Source: a virus. Taken from it: DNA of 64,000 nucleotides. Below, in pieces: positions 1 through 10,667 of the stretch. The notes beneath the pieces are model-generated. The model did not search any database. It had not been told where the DNA came from and saw only the letters and a program-made list of their open reading frames with translations. The DNA is taken from positions 1-64,000 of IMG/VR virus record IMGVR_UViG_3300027969_000058, one strand, 5' to 3'. Numbering within the stretch: the first letter of the stretch is position 1; each line of letters begins with the position of its first letter. The translations under genes and the position numbers were made by a program.

Positions 1-54
1 TAATAGATCATTTAAAATTAGAACCTGGAAAGGTTAGACGGTTTTATGAAAATG

Positions 55-879
55 TCAACGGTTGAGAAACGATCTAAAATGATATTTAGATTCTTCAAGA
101 TTAGTTTGAGCAAACTCGGTTAACATTTGAGATTGTTCTTTATCTTGTGCCCAAGCTGTTTCCCATACCTGTTGATTCAATGCGTAGCTGTTTTTTAGAT
201 CAGACAAGTCTTTATATTTGTAAACCACAACTCGTGAACTATTAGTGCTGTTGGGAATAGCAACAGTAATAAAAACTGCTCCAGGTTGCCACTCTATCAT
301 AGTTTCAGGATAAACTGCTAACCATGCAGCACCGTATCCATCGTGTTTTCTTACCAGCTGCAAACTGCGATTGTCGTAGTAAACCCAGTCAACTTCACTG
401 ATGTTAGATAGTCCAATTTGGTCATAGACTCCCGCATGAATTGTGGCTATGTGATCTACATCTAAAAACAAGTCCATGATATTCTCGGGAACAGCAGAAA
501 CGAGATCAATTCTCTTTTCGACTAATTTTAGGTTAGTTAAATCTACAAACTCAAGTTCTTTGCAGGCTATGGGTGCAGTTGATAAAAACCCATTCCATTC
601 GTAGACAGGTAATTCTTCTAAAGCTGTTTCGTTTTTGCAGTAGTATTCTGTACGGCCTGACTTAATAGGAGCACCTTCTAAAGTAAAACTCCAATTATGA
701 TAGGGGCATACTCTGCTACCTATTCCCGACTTCGTTGATATAATACTCCGTTGATGCGGACATACATTAGAAATAATTTTGTATTGATTATTTGATTTTA
801 CCAATACGTACTTATTATCTAATTGTTCTATAGGCGTATAAGTGCCTTCTTCAAAATCAGTTACATGCCCTAAAAACAT
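55..879 (-). CDS. Rieske [2Fe-2S] non-heme iron oxygenase (ring-hydroxylating alpha-subunit-like)
   Basis: CPHQ...CPYHNW Rieske motif; DVDHIATIH mononuclear Fe motif. Confidence 0.85.
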   Translation of the reverse strand: MFLGHVTDFEEGTYTPIEQLDNKYVLVKSNNQYKIISNVCPHQRSIISTKSGIGSRVCPYHNWSFTLEGAPIKSGRTEYYCKNETALEELPVYEWNGFLSTAPIACKELEFVDLTNLKLVEKRIDLVSAVPENIMDLFLDVDHIATIHAGVYDQIGLSNISEVDWVYYDNRSLQLVRKHDGYGAAWLAVYPETMIEWQPGAVFITVAIPNSTNSSRVVVYKYKDLSDLKNSYALNQQVWETAWAQDKEQSQMLTEFAQTNLEESKYHFRSFLNR

Positions 880-880
880 A

Positions 881-1792
881 TTATTCCAAAATTCCTAACA
901 TTTCTTCGTGTGTGCCAATGAAGGATAATTCACTGGTTCCGTATTTACGTTTAAGTTTATTTTGATATTCTCTTAATAGATACCAAACTGCATCAGGCGC
1001 TCCTATCTTAGGGCGAGGCAAACAGTTCATAATTTTAAATTTATTCTCTTCACTGGATAGTGTCATATCTCTTGCCTTAACATATGACAGTACAATTTCA
1101 GGAGTCCAACTTAAAAAATTATACGTGTGGTAACCTGGATTATGCATATCTATATAGAAATCATCTTCGTGTAATAACCAACCAGATCGTAAACTACCGT
1201 CGGGCATATAAAAGCCCTTATCCCTAACTATATCGATTAGATAATCTAATGTATGATCGGGAAAGTATTCTGGAAAGGCCTGTCCGTTAATAACTATGCC
1301 GTCATGCTTTCTTGCATATTCTGCCAAACAAATGTTCTGTGCAGGGTAAAGTTTACGTCCTTTTATTTTATCAATAAATGGTTTTACTTCGGCAAATAAT
1401 TCTAATGTAGTTATATCTTTTACAACAGGTTCAAGATTGTTTTCTTTGCACCACCTATATGCCCACCAGCTGTCGGTATAGGTTAACGGAAAGCCTGTGC
1501 CCCATACTTCATGAATAATAGGAGTAAAATCTATTTTCATTTTTTTAAGTGTTCTTGCAACAGTTTCACTATCGCAACCCCCACTCATAGGCACAAAGAT
1601 TTTTTTACCCTTGTTAATCTCGTAAAGCTCTTCTGCAACAAGTTCGCAGGCTTTATCAAAGGACAACGATACAGTTGATTTTTTTGTAAGTTTAACAGCA
1701 AAATTATCCTTAGGATTTACCCTTGTAGTATTACCATTAAAGTGGTATTTGATCCACTTATCTTTGCCAATACCGTTTAATTCTGTATCCAT
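881..1792 (-). CDS. PP-loop (asparagine synthase/QueC-like) ATP pyrophosphatase
   Basis: MSGGCDS = SGGxDS motif. Confidence 0.6.
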   Translation of the reverse strand: MDTELNGIGKDKWIKYHFNGNTTRVNPKDNFAVKLTKKSTVSLSFDKACELVAEELYEINKGKKIFVPMSGGCDSETVARTLKKMKIDFTPIIHEVWGTGFPLTYTDSWWAYRWCKENNLEPVVKDITTLELFAEVKPFIDKIKGRKLYPAQNICLAEYARKHDGIVINGQAFPEYFPDHTLDYLIDIVRDKGFYMPDGSLRSGWLLHEDDFYIDMHNPGYHTYNFLSWTPEIVLSYVKARDMTLSSEENKFKIMNCLPRPKIGAPDAVWYLLREYQNKLKRKYGTSELSFIGTHEEMLGILE

Positions 1793-2574
1793 TATTTTCT
1801 TTCATTTTTTGCAAGACGCAGTAGCATTAGTAGTTCTATTACATATCTACCCGGGTCAAACTGCCACCACTTTTGTCCTATTCTATAATCGCCGGGGCGT
1901 ACATGATGATTATTATGCCATCCTTCCCCGAATGTCAAGAGCGCCCACCACCAAACATTGTGTGACTGATCAGAATTCTTAACAACCTTTTTACCAAACT
2001 TAGGATCATGATCTATCCAATTGCTAAATCTTGATGCAATGGTATTCATGAATACTGGGATTAGGTATAGATATATAGCGATCATAGGATCAATTGCTAA
2101 TAACAGTCCAAGTGTAACTAATACTACACCTATGTAATATTCGTGTAAGAATCTATGTACCGGGTCATTAATAATATCCCTAACAATCCACTTATTAAAA
2201 TCTACGCTGTAGTCTCCTATAATTGCACCCATTGGCCCTAAGATTACTGGGCTATGTGGGTCACCGGGTTTATCTGCATGTCTGTGATGCATTTTATGCA
2301 CAAATACCCAACCAGCACTGCTACCAGTACAACCAATGTTGGCAAAGTAGCTGAACAGATACTCAAGTGGTTTCCAGAGTGTATATGATTTATGTGTAAG
2401 CAATCGATGAAATGTAACAGTAATTCCGAGACAGGTTATTAAAAAATATCCAAATAGCGACAGTAACCAGTATTCAATACTTGCCGGATTAAGTAATGCC
2501 CATAGGGTTACACAACCAGCTGTCAGTTGCATTATTATAAAAAACCATTCCCTTGGGTACAAATACTTTTTCAT
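1792..2574 (-). CDS. Membrane fatty acid (delta-9-like) desaturase
   Basis: His boxes HRLLTH, HKMHH, HNNHH; TM helices. Confidence 0.9.
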   Translation of the reverse strand: MKKYLYPREWFFIIMQLTAGCVTLWALLNPASIEYWLLSLFGYFLITCLGITVTFHRLLTHKSYTLWKPLEYLFSYFANIGCTGSSAGWVFVHKMHHRHADKPGDPHSPVILGPMGAIIGDYSVDFNKWIVRDIINDPVHRFLHEYYIGVVLVTLGLLLAIDPMIAIYLYLIPVFMNTIASRFSNWIDHDPKFGKKVVKNSDQSHNVWWWALLTFGEGWHNNHHVRPGDYRIGQKWWQFDPGRYVIELLMLLRLAKNERK

Positions 2575-3332
2575 TTTTTAATCATCCTAATAATACTTCC
2601 AGCAGGATCAAACTCCCACCATTGTGTCTGTGTAGATATTGCGCCTGGATTCCCATGGTGATTGTTATGCCATGCTTCTCCTAATATTGCAGGAAATAAC
2701 CATTTATTATTTCTACTACTATCCTTTGTATTAAAATTCCTATAACCGTGCATATGTCCAAAATAATTAAAATTATACTGACTTATCTGGATTAATAATA
2801 TAGGTACTACCCAACCAAAGTATAAAATTTTAAGATCAATGACTGCCAGCAATACTACAAATAAGAGAATAATTGCCATGTACCATTTGTGTAAAAACAA
2901 ATGCACCGGTGTCATTAGATCCTTTACTACAAATATCTTCATAGTTTCTGATTCTTGAGGTCGGCCTGCACGGAAGGCAAATAAGTTATAACCAGTATGT
3001 TTAGGACTATGTGTATCTTTCTCAGTATCTGAATATGCATGATGTTGTCGATGAATGTAAACCCATCCTAATGGACTGCCTCTACCAGCTAATATTGATA
3101 ATACAGTGAAACTCCATTTTATAAACGGATGACCAAATTCAAAGGATTTGTGCGAATAGTAACGGTGAAGTGTTATCCATATACCTAATATGTTAAAAAT
3201 ATAAAACATTAAACCAACTGTAGCAACGTTTGTCCAAGTAATTGTATCTAAATAAAAAATGCCTGTAATAGTTACCATCGTTGAACACAATGTCAGCAGG
3301 TTAAGATTTTTTAATGTAGAACCAAATATCAT
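2571..3332 (-). CDS. Membrane fatty acid (delta-9-like) desaturase
   Basis: His boxes HRYYSH, HRQHH, HNNHH. Confidence 0.9.
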   Translation of the reverse strand: MIFGSTLKNLNLLTLCSTMVTITGIFYLDTITWTNVATVGLMFYIFNILGIWITLHRYYSHKSFEFGHPFIKWSFTVLSILAGRGSPLGWVYIHRQHHAYSDTEKDTHSPKHTGYNLFAFRAGRPQESETMKIFVVKDLMTPVHLFLHKWYMAIILLFVVLLAVIDLKILYFGWVVPILLIQISQYNFNYFGHMHGYRNFNTKDSSRNNKWLFPAILGEAWHNNHHGNPGAISTQTQWWEFDPAGSIIRMIKK

Positions 3333-3391
3333 TTAGCAGCCTCAAAATAGGAGTTGTAGTAGTATTTATCTACTATTACAGCTATGTGTTT

Positions 3392-4066
3392 TTAAGTTAG
3401 TTTTTGTAATTTTGTATTTTTTTCTGTATGGGATCTAATTAATTCCCAATCAAATTTGTATGCTTCGTCAATCCGGTGTCCTATTGCCCATTGCGTTATT
3501 CCGTTAATCTCAATAGGAAACGGCACGTCTACTACTCCATTATGGAAAAACTTTTCTATAGTCCTGTTTTTTTGATGGCCAACTCCGTTCCTTTTAATAA
3601 TATTTAACAGTCTCCTATTGTACTTGTTGACTGTAATAATTATCATTTTATAATTATTTCGTGTTGCCCATGCTAATTGAGCAGGCCATAAAATGTCACC
3701 AAGAAAATGGTATCCTCGATATTCTTTGTTAACAAATGACCTAACAGATCCTAAGGCAATCTCAGGACAAAATTCAGAACGATGAATGCCGGATCCAGCA
3801 ATTATAGCATTATTTTTCTCTAAAAAATAGTATTGTCCATTTCCCTTGTAAAATCTTTTTTTATTCCAAAGGATGTTTGCCAACGTTTCGTTTCGTTCCA
3901 GCCAATTTAATGCACCCATATTATAGGCAGCAGGACTGCCCTTATCTGGATTAGGATGCGACTCAATTGATATTTCCTCGCACCATGGAATTACCTTAGT
4001 CTTAATGTAGTGACCAGGCGCATTCAATTTAGTAAACGGGACAATTTTGTATTCTTTATTTTCCAT
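3392..4066 (-). CDS. GNAT-fold acyltransferase-like protein
   Basis: RSFVNKEYRG motif A-like segment. Confidence 0.55.
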   Translation of the reverse strand: MENKEYKIVPFTKLNAPGHYIKTKVIPWCEEISIESHPNPDKGSPAAYNMGALNWLERNETLANILWNKKRFYKGNGQYYFLEKNNAIIAGSGIHRSEFCPEIALGSVRSFVNKEYRGYHFLGDILWPAQLAWATRNNYKMIIITVNKYNRRLLNIIKRNGVGHQKNRTIEKFFHNGVVDVPFPIEINGITQWAIGHRIDEAYKFDWELIRSHTEKNTKLQKLT

Positions 4067-4095
4067 ACATGTTATATATCTAACTAAATAGTTGC

Positions 4096-4605
4096 ATGGA
4101 AACTATCAGAGTATTAGAAGTCTTCAACGAGCTTGAAGCACTTAAAAAAGAAGTAATGGATATATACTTGGTGCATAAGAATCAAGAAAATCAAGTCATT
4201 CTACAAACTAATGTAGAAGGAGTTGAGGACTGGCACACTGGTGTTGGCCAAGTAGAACATCTTGAAAACAAATTAGAAAATGATTATGTTCATATTCAGC
4301 CGAGTCTTCGGGGCTCGTTGCTTGAAAAGTATATTACAAAGTACGGCGGGTTTAGAACTCGAATTATGGGAATGTCTACTAAGAGTAGCTACAGCGTACA
4401 CAGCGATTTTACTTCGCGTATTCATATTCCTATAGTTACAAACTTTCACTCTTGGATGATTTGGCCCCATCTACACAAATGTCATCACTTGAGAGAAGGT
4501 GTAATTTATTGGACTGACACAACAAAGAAGCATACAGCAATCAATGGCTCATTAACTGATGAGCGTATACATGTTGTTATGTGCGTCGATTACCCACCAG
4601 CATAA
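4096..4605 (+). CDS. Fe(II)/2OG oxygenase (Asp/Asn beta-hydroxylase-like)
   Basis: HSD...RIHIPI...HTAIN...RIH. Confidence 0.8.
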   Translation: METIRVLEVFNELEALKKEVMDIYLVHKNQENQVILQTNVEGVEDWHTGVGQVEHLENKLENDYVHIQPSLRGSLLEKYITKYGGFRTRIMGMSTKSSYSVHSDFTSRIHIPIVTNFHSWMIWPHLHKCHHLREGVIYWTDTTKKHTAINGSLTDERIHVVMCVDYPPA

Positions 4606-5203
4606 ATCTTGAATATGATCCAAGATTAAGCTCGCCTGTAAAGTTGAGCTCCATTGGATATTTAGAAGACATCTCCTCGACTGATTCACATGTATTAACA
4701 TGATCGTATCCTTCGAGATTATTACTGTGTAAAACAATTTTTGCACTTGCAGGAATGCGCTCATACCAGGAGTTATCGGCGATATGCTCGCAACTGGTGT
4801 TAATAATTAAATCGTAGCCGCTAAGATCGATAGCATTAACATCTTCCGATAGATGTTTAAAGTTAGGATTTTTTCTATTCAAGTGTATTGCTAATTTTTC
4901 TAATCTTGAATCGGGATCGGTTTCTGTAATATTACTGAAACCTAATTTAAAAAGACAATAGCTGGTAAATCCTAACCAAGACCCTACTACCAGTACTCGA
5001 CTATTGCTGTCCAAGTTTAGTTCCTTAATTTTACTCATCATCCATGCCTTACTCTGCATCTGTTTAGTTCGGAATGCATCTCGTATTTCCTCAAGTGTAA
5101 CAATAGAAAATGCTTCTCTATCGTAAAGTGCATTCATCACTTCGGGGATGTGTCGAGTTACTGACGAGAAGTTTACGTCTTTACCTTCAATTTTTTCAAT
5201 CAT
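4577..5203 (-). CDS. SAM-dependent methyltransferase
   Basis: VLVVGSWLG motif I; DLIINTSCEH; start placed at MIEK. Confidence 0.7.
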   Translation of the reverse strand: MIEKIEGKDVNFSSVTRHIPEVMNALYDREAFSIVTLEEIRDAFRTKQMQSKAWMMSKIKELNLDSNSRVLVVGSWLGFTSYCLFKLGFSNITETDPDSRLEKLAIHLNRKNPNFKHLSEDVNAIDLSGYDLIINTSCEHIADNSWYERIPASAKIVLHSNNLEGYDHVNTCESVEEMSSKYPMELNFTGELNLGSYSRFMLVGNRRT

Positions 5204-5390
5204 GTTTAAACTGCCTTTCGGTTCCATCTACAATTTTCTTAGCCAAGTTATATGGCGTATACTTAAACAAAAATGGAAATACGCTGTGTATAATCCCAGT
5301 TACAACTATACCAATTGCTATTAAATTAAAATAGCTGGCATACATCAAATGTTTGAAATAAGTTGTCTTTGCGTCTTTAAGATGCCCCAT
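5196..5390 (-). CDS. Small membrane protein
   Basis: HL...YFKHL...IIHSVFPF pattern common in phage small proteins. Confidence 0.5.
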   Translation of the reverse strand: MGHLKDAKTTYFKHLMYASYFNLIAIGIVVTGIIHSVFPFLFKYTPYNLAKKIVDGTERQFKHD

Positions 5391-6057
5391 GTTTACCCTT
5401 AAAATATTTTTCGAGCCACGTGTAATTGTTTATCTTATACAGCTCTGTTAAATTGTTATCAAATTTTTCAACGTATTCTTTAGCGTCAACGTATCCTTGA
5501 TATGCCCAGATTGCATTTAATTCTGTTATATGCTCGCAGGCCTTCCATTGATCAATATATACATCTATGTTTTTAGCATTTGGTCTGGATCGAAATATCA
5601 CGCTCATCAATTTAACACAGTGTCTAAAAGCAGTCTTCCATGCGTCATACGGGGTCTTATTATAGATTGTGTCTGAATATGCTTGATCAATAACCATTTT
5701 GGTTTGTGTTGCGTTTAGACTGAAATCGCCCTTACTCATATCTCGATTTACAATGCTGCCTTTCCTCCATAATTTAACTCCGCCTAATAAGGTTAAATTT
5801 TTGTGTAACGGATCGTTAGCTTTGAACATTAATAAATCACTATTAATTTGTTCATGATATTCTAAAGTATGAGTAAGCCAATTATCTCCGTCAACTGTCC
5901 AAAAGAATTCAGTTTGACATAGATCATCACAAAGCAAATGGACTTTGTCTATGCCCGTTATGCCGTGCAATCTCACTGCATCTGGATGCAGTTCTTTTGT
6001 ACGTTGCCAGTTTATTTCACTGTTGCTTTCTTTGAAACTAATAAAAAATACGTCCAC
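5377..6057 (-). CDS. GT-A-like glycosyltransferase-type phage protein
   Basis: DVFFISF N-terminus, WTVDGD DxD motif; GTG start chosen. Confidence 0.5.
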   Translation of the reverse strand: MDVFFISFKESNSEINWQRTKELHPDAVRLHGITGIDKVHLLCDDLCQTEFFWTVDGDNWLTHTLEYHEQINSDLLMFKANDPLHKNLTLLGGVKLWRKGSIVNRDMSKGDFSLNATQTKMVIDQAYSDTIYNKTPYDAWKTAFRHCVKLMSVIFRSRPNAKNIDVYIDQWKACEHITELNAIWAYQGYVDAKEYVEKFDNNLTELYKINNYTWLEKYFKGKHGAS

Positions 6058-6082
6058 TGTAATACCTATAAATATTTCGCTC

Positions 6083-7021
6083 ATGCTATTTAAGACCTTT
6101 ACTTCCACTGTTCAAAAATATTCTCATAAATTAGCCATTAATAATCTAACTTACCAACAGTTATATGATATGGTCATTGAACGAGAGTATGTACCAGTAA
6201 GCTACGCTACCGATTGGACTGTATTACTTGACGTTCTTAAGGCTGCAAGTTTAAATAAAGCCGTGGCTATTATGCCTAAGTTTAAAAGAGAATTAGTACA
6301 ACTACCAGTTACGTTGCCCGACGAATTTGGAATCACATTGTTTAGTAGTGGCAGTAGTTCAGGTATTCGAAAACAACTCTTTATGCCCGAACGAATGATT
6401 ATGGCTAATGCAAAGAATGCTGTAGAATGCCAGCAGATTACTGATCAGGATCGCATACTAACTGTATGCTCTCTAAATCATACAGGCGGATTAAGTGCCC
6501 AAACTATTGCAGGGTTGCTCTGCGGTGCATACAATCTTATAGAGCAGTTCAATGCATTTAACTTTTTTAAATTACTACAGCAACATAATATCACCGTTAC
6601 ACATCTAATTCCGGTACATATAGATGCGTTGATCAAAGTCAACTCAGAGTTAGCCATACCCAATCTACGTTTAACAGTTGCAGGCAGTGACTGTGTACAT
6701 AAGTATCATGTAGAATTTTGGATTAATCGTGGAGTAAATTTTATAATGAATTACGGAATGACTGAAGCAGGGCCTATCATTATTAATCACAAATTTGCAC
6801 AGGGTGATGAGTTAACAGTATTTGATCAAGGTGTACCGCTTGGCGATACCTGCTGGGCTGATACTAAAATTGTTAACGGAGAATTATTCTTAAAAGGCAA
6901 CAGTGTGATCATAGGTGACACATGGTTACCAACAGGCGACTGCGTTGAGTTATGGAATAATTGGTATATCTACAAAGGTAGAAAAAGCGCAGGCTGCAAG
7001 ATTATTCCAAAGGCCTACTAA
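6083..7021 (+). CDS. AMP-binding (ANL) acyl-adenylating enzyme, C-terminal domain absent
   Basis: SSGSSSGIRK, YGMTE, TGD, GRK motifs; TATAAATA at 6067-6074. Confidence 0.8.
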   Translation: MLFKTFTSTVQKYSHKLAINNLTYQQLYDMVIEREYVPVSYATDWTVLLDVLKAASLNKAVAIMPKFKRELVQLPVTLPDEFGITLFSSGSSSGIRKQLFMPERMIMANAKNAVECQQITDQDRILTVCSLNHTGGLSAQTIAGLLCGAYNLIEQFNAFNFFKLLQQHNITVTHLIPVHIDALIKVNSELAIPNLRLTVAGSDCVHKYHVEFWINRGVNFIMNYGMTEAGPIIINHKFAQGDELTVFDQGVPLGDTCWADTKIVNGELFLKGNSVIIGDTWLPTGDCVELWNNWYIYKGRKSAGCKIIPKAY

Positions 7022-7655
7022 CAAATCCATTCTTAATCATATTGTAATATTCATCGTCGAGCCCTATGCCTAATCGCTCTCGAGATGAATGAAATGCGCA
7101 TAATGCACTGTGATACTGAGTTAAATTAATTCTCCACAAAGTTTGTGGTATATGATAAACAATTGATTCTCTGTGAAATTTAACAATGTCTCTTTTTTCA
7201 AGCAGTTGTAATGCACGGTGGGTACGTTTCATTTTCCCGCTAACATCATGATCTCCGTGGCTTGTAGTTATTAACCAATCTTTACAGTTGTTATCTAATG
7301 CATACTGGATCTGATAAGGTAGTAAAATACTAAAAGGTACACTGTTCATATGATTCTTACTCAGCCCCGGAATCAAGTGATCATATTCGGGTAGTGTAGC
7401 ACTCCTAAACAAACATCGCACTGTGGTATAGTTTCTATCAGCGTCGGGCCATTTATGGCAACCGCTGACTGAAGCAAGGTTGCCGTCGACTAACAATCCC
7501 CAAAATTCAGGAGGATGCGCCATATCTTGATGCCCGTTGAACTTCATCTTTGCTGGTGAGGTATTGTTAGAAAAGCCTGCCAGCCTTGCTTTGTCGCAGA
7601 ACTTAACCAACAGTTCTATATTTTCATTGTTTAGTTTTATAACTTGCATGTGCAT
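7002..7655 (-). CDS. GNAT-like protein
   Basis: LASVSGCH...RCLFRSATLPEY pattern. Confidence 0.45.
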   Translation of the reverse strand: MHMQVIKLNNENIELLVKFCDKARLAGFSNNTSPAKMKFNGHQDMAHPPEFWGLLVDGNLASVSGCHKWPDADRNYTTVRCLFRSATLPEYDHLIPGLSKNHMNSVPFSILLPYQIQYALDNNCKDWLITTSHGDHDVSGKMKRTHRALQLLEKRDIVKFHRESIVYHIPQTLWRINLTQYHSALCAFHSSRERLGIGLDDEYYNMIKNGFVSRPLE

Positions 7656-7751
7656 ATAAATAGGATCACTATAGTATTTTAGCATAATTTGTGGGAGAAG
7701 TAAAGTCTTTACCCAAAAAAAATTTAGATAAATATTTTTAAGGAACACAAC

Positions 7752-8297
7752 ATGTATAAAACATTTAACATTGATTACAACAAAGAATTATTATTGGCAT
7801 TATATAACGAACATAAGTCTGGAGACTCGGCTACAAAAGGTGGTTTCCTTGAACTTGATTTTGATGAAATTTTAGAAAATGCTGAAATATTACGATTGTT
7901 TGATATTTTAGAAATCTTTGGTGCACCGCATACGGGCACTGTTGCATTCAATTCTGTAGTTAATACAAGCGGCCCACATATATTTCCGGCGTGTAATGGG
8001 ATGGTTATTTTTCCAATTGTTGGTTCGTTCATCACTAAATTTTATTCGTATAAAGTTCCGTTGGTTCGAGGGCGACCGGCATTGATGGGGCCAATGCAAG
8101 ACCCAATCGAACACTTAGCATTGATGGATTCGTTTGTCGATGAAGTAGTAGTTGATAAGCCCACTGTTATTGACGGACTGTGTCCACATCAAGATTGTAA
8201 AATTGACGGCGAAGAATGCATATTTTTGTGTTTTAAAATACCTATGCATATTGATTGGAATACTATAACAGCGTTTGTCGATTCGTTAGAAGGTTAA
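7752..8297 (+). CDS. DSBH/2OG-oxygenase-like protein (divergent)
   Basis: PH...FPIVG...KPTVIDGLCPH, similar to paralogs but lacks the Asp of HxD. Confidence 0.45.
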   Translation: MYKTFNIDYNKELLLALYNEHKSGDSATKGGFLELDFDEILENAEILRLFDILEIFGAPHTGTVAFNSVVNTSGPHIFPACNGMVIFPIVGSFITKFYSYKVPLVRGRPALMGPMQDPIEHLALMDSFVDEVVVDKPTVIDGLCPHQDCKIDGEECIFLCFKIPMHIDWNTITAFVDSLEG

Positions 8298-8301
8298 ACT
8301 T

Positions 8302-9420
8302 ATGTATATAAATGCTTATAAAATGTTACTTGATAACAAGGACTTTTGTTTAGAAGAGACAATGGCATTTATCAATGCCCACACGCAGACTCAAACACTG
8401 GGGTTTGAGGGATTTCCGCAAACTGTTCCGTCTGTTGACTTTTGCCGCCGCGATATAAAAATTGTTATTAATGCGTATCTCGAGGGCCTTGAGTTGGATA
8501 ACAACGAACGTATGATATTTGTAGGTAGTAGATATTGGAAAGGCGATAAGTCTGCACTTGTTGGTAATAAACAAAAAGAGATCACTGCTCATCATTTTTT
8601 AAGAGATCTAATTGTAAACTACGTTTTTAAAAACTTACAATATACATCTCAGCAAGCTATTGCATTACAGGTGATAACTACTCAAGAAGTTGAACAGGTA
8701 GCGGTTACTAAGATCTATAATGATTGTCAGTTGCTAATTGAGTCAATTGTAGATGGTCCTAAGAAAGAGTATCTACATAATCATCTTGAAAAACGATTTA
8801 CTGCTAAATGGTGGGATCCCATTGAAGTTGAAAACGATAAGTTAGAAACTATTCTCGAATGTGCATATCAAGCGCCAAGTAAACAAGGTCATCACGATTT
8901 TGAAATACATGTATTAACTGATTCTACAGAAGGAAAAGAGTTTAAAGACTATCTGTTCTGGGAGAATACTGCATGTCTTAACAAAGTAAGAGCAGCACCT
9001 GGTCCCGGACCACGACGCTATAACGGACAAATGTTAGCGCCTATTGTTATTGTTTGGTTAGGTAAAACTCAACCAGCAACACGTAATCCATACGGTGAAA
9101 GCGAATGGCTAAGAACTAACAACGATTGTATTATCAGTGCTACTATGGCTATGTGTCAAGCAGAAGAGCTGGGTGTGAGAACAGGATTTTGCGGAACACT
9201 TGGCGGAAGAGAAATTGCTGATCGATTAAATCGTCCTAACCATACTGCAATTATTTCAGTTGGGTTTGGATATGCTACGCCGGACTCTTTACAAGTTAGA
9301 AAAGTTATAAAAGACGGTGTTGAAATGGGTTTTGACTTATCAAATACTGATCACACTATTAGAAGATCCGATAACAGAAAAAATAGACCATCCAAGTATT
9401 CGATGATAAATTACTTATAA
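8302..9420 (+). CDS. Nitroreductase-family flavoprotein with N-terminal extension
   Basis: KRFTAKWW, AYQAPSKQG, AEELGVRTGF, VGFGY. Confidence 0.8.
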   Translation: MYINAYKMLLDNKDFCLEETMAFINAHTQTQTLGFEGFPQTVPSVDFCRRDIKIVINAYLEGLELDNNERMIFVGSRYWKGDKSALVGNKQKEITAHHFLRDLIVNYVFKNLQYTSQQAIALQVITTQEVEQVAVTKIYNDCQLLIESIVDGPKKEYLHNHLEKRFTAKWWDPIEVENDKLETILECAYQAPSKQGHHDFEIHVLTDSTEGKEFKDYLFWENTACLNKVRAAPGPGPRRYNGQMLAPIVIVWLGKTQPATRNPYGESEWLRTNNDCIISATMAMCQAEELGVRTGFCGTLGGREIADRLNRPNHTAIISVGFGYATPDSLQVRKVIKDGVEMGFDLSNTDHTIRRSDNRKNRPSKYSMINYL

Positions 9421-9430
9421 GGAGGTCTGT

Positions 9431-10144
9431 ATGACAGATTCAAATAAAGTAGTTCCGCCTGGACATAGCGGCAAAGCCCCTAAATTCGATGTTAGTCAAG
9501 TTACACTCGAAACAGTCGCTAATGAATTAGCATTGCTAAATCTTGGTGATTTCGAGCCATTGAATATTAAAATTAATTGTGGACAATTTATGCGAGAAGT
9601 TGCACAGTTTGATAACGACTGGGTTGACTATTTGCCAAGAACCGACAAGCCCAATAATAGACAAGGTTTAGTGTTGTCAAACTTACCTGGTAAAAGTCAC
9701 ACAGACAATCCCAGCCTTCCACAAGCAAGTATGGAAGCTGGTCGAAGATTAAGCGAAAATGATTTTGTAGAAAAGACAGTGGTCTACGATCAATGTAAAA
9801 GTTTACAACCGTTACTTGACGAATTCCAACCTATTGGCAGAACATTTTTAATTAAATCAAATATTGGTGGCTATTTTGTCCCGCATCGAGATCATCCTAC
9901 TATGCCTCGTGAAAGTTTCAGGATTGCAGTGTTTTTAAATAACTGCGCACCTTTGCAATACGACTGGCTCATCGATACTGATCGAAAACTACCTATTGAA
10001 ATGGGTCGTGCTTATTATATTAACACACGTAAAACTCATAGAACAATTAGCTGGACTAATGACAGTATCCATTTAATTATGAATATTCCTTTTAATTCAG
10101 CCAACGTAGCAAAGGCTATTGCAAGGTTGCAACATCCACACTAA
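9431..10144 (+). CDS. Fe(II)/2OG oxygenase
   Basis: PHRDH...NTRKTH. Confidence 0.7.
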   Translation: MTDSNKVVPPGHSGKAPKFDVSQVTLETVANELALLNLGDFEPLNIKINCGQFMREVAQFDNDWVDYLPRTDKPNNRQGLVLSNLPGKSHTDNPSLPQASMEAGRRLSENDFVEKTVVYDQCKSLQPLLDEFQPIGRTFLIKSNIGGYFVPHRDHPTMPRESFRIAVFLNNCAPLQYDWLIDTDRKLPIEMGRAYYINTRKTHRTISWTNDSIHLIMNIPFNSANVAKAIARLQHPH

Positions 10145-10667
10145 TAGCTTTTTTAAACAGCTCTTTTGCTTGTGAAAAAGAGTGGTTCTTGTTCACACTC
10201 CAGCTGATGATTACTCGACGCTGGTTTCCGTTTTTAACTGCGTGTGGTACGGTATTGTTTATCAATGTAGGAGAAGTCAGTGTAAATTTAAAAGTTTCTT
10301 CAACTGGAGACTTAATAATGTTATAAACTCGAGTTGGCAGGAATTCAGATTCTCCATCGTCTTTTAATTTGTAAAATATAGTATGAGAATCTTCAGTTCC
10401 TATAATAGGAATATTAAACGCACAATCTCTTGCGGCATCAATATGCAATGGTATATCTACACCGGGACGGCAGTCGTATATATTATACATAGCACTTAAG
10501 AATGGAAAACGTTCTTTTAGTGAACGCATATAATCATCAAGCTCAACAAGGCGTTGGTGCGGATGTAATCCTTCAACTGTGGGATGTTCTGTTTCAAGAA
10601 CTAATTTTTTTAAATAATCTATATCAAGATCAATATCAATTTTGTAGGCATACTCATTGTTTAACAT
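10116..10667 (-). CDS. Fe(II)/2OG oxygenase
   Basis: HID...NIPI...PHAVKN...R. Confidence 0.75.
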   Translation of the reverse strand: MLNNEYAYKIDIDLDIDYLKKLVLETEHPTVEGLHPHQRLVELDDYMRSLKERFPFLSAMYNIYDCRPGVDIPLHIDAARDCAFNIPIIGTEDSHTIFYKLKDDGESEFLPTRVYNIIKSPVEETFKFTLTSPTLINNTVPHAVKNGNQRRVIISWSVNKNHSFSQAKELFKKAISVDVATLQ

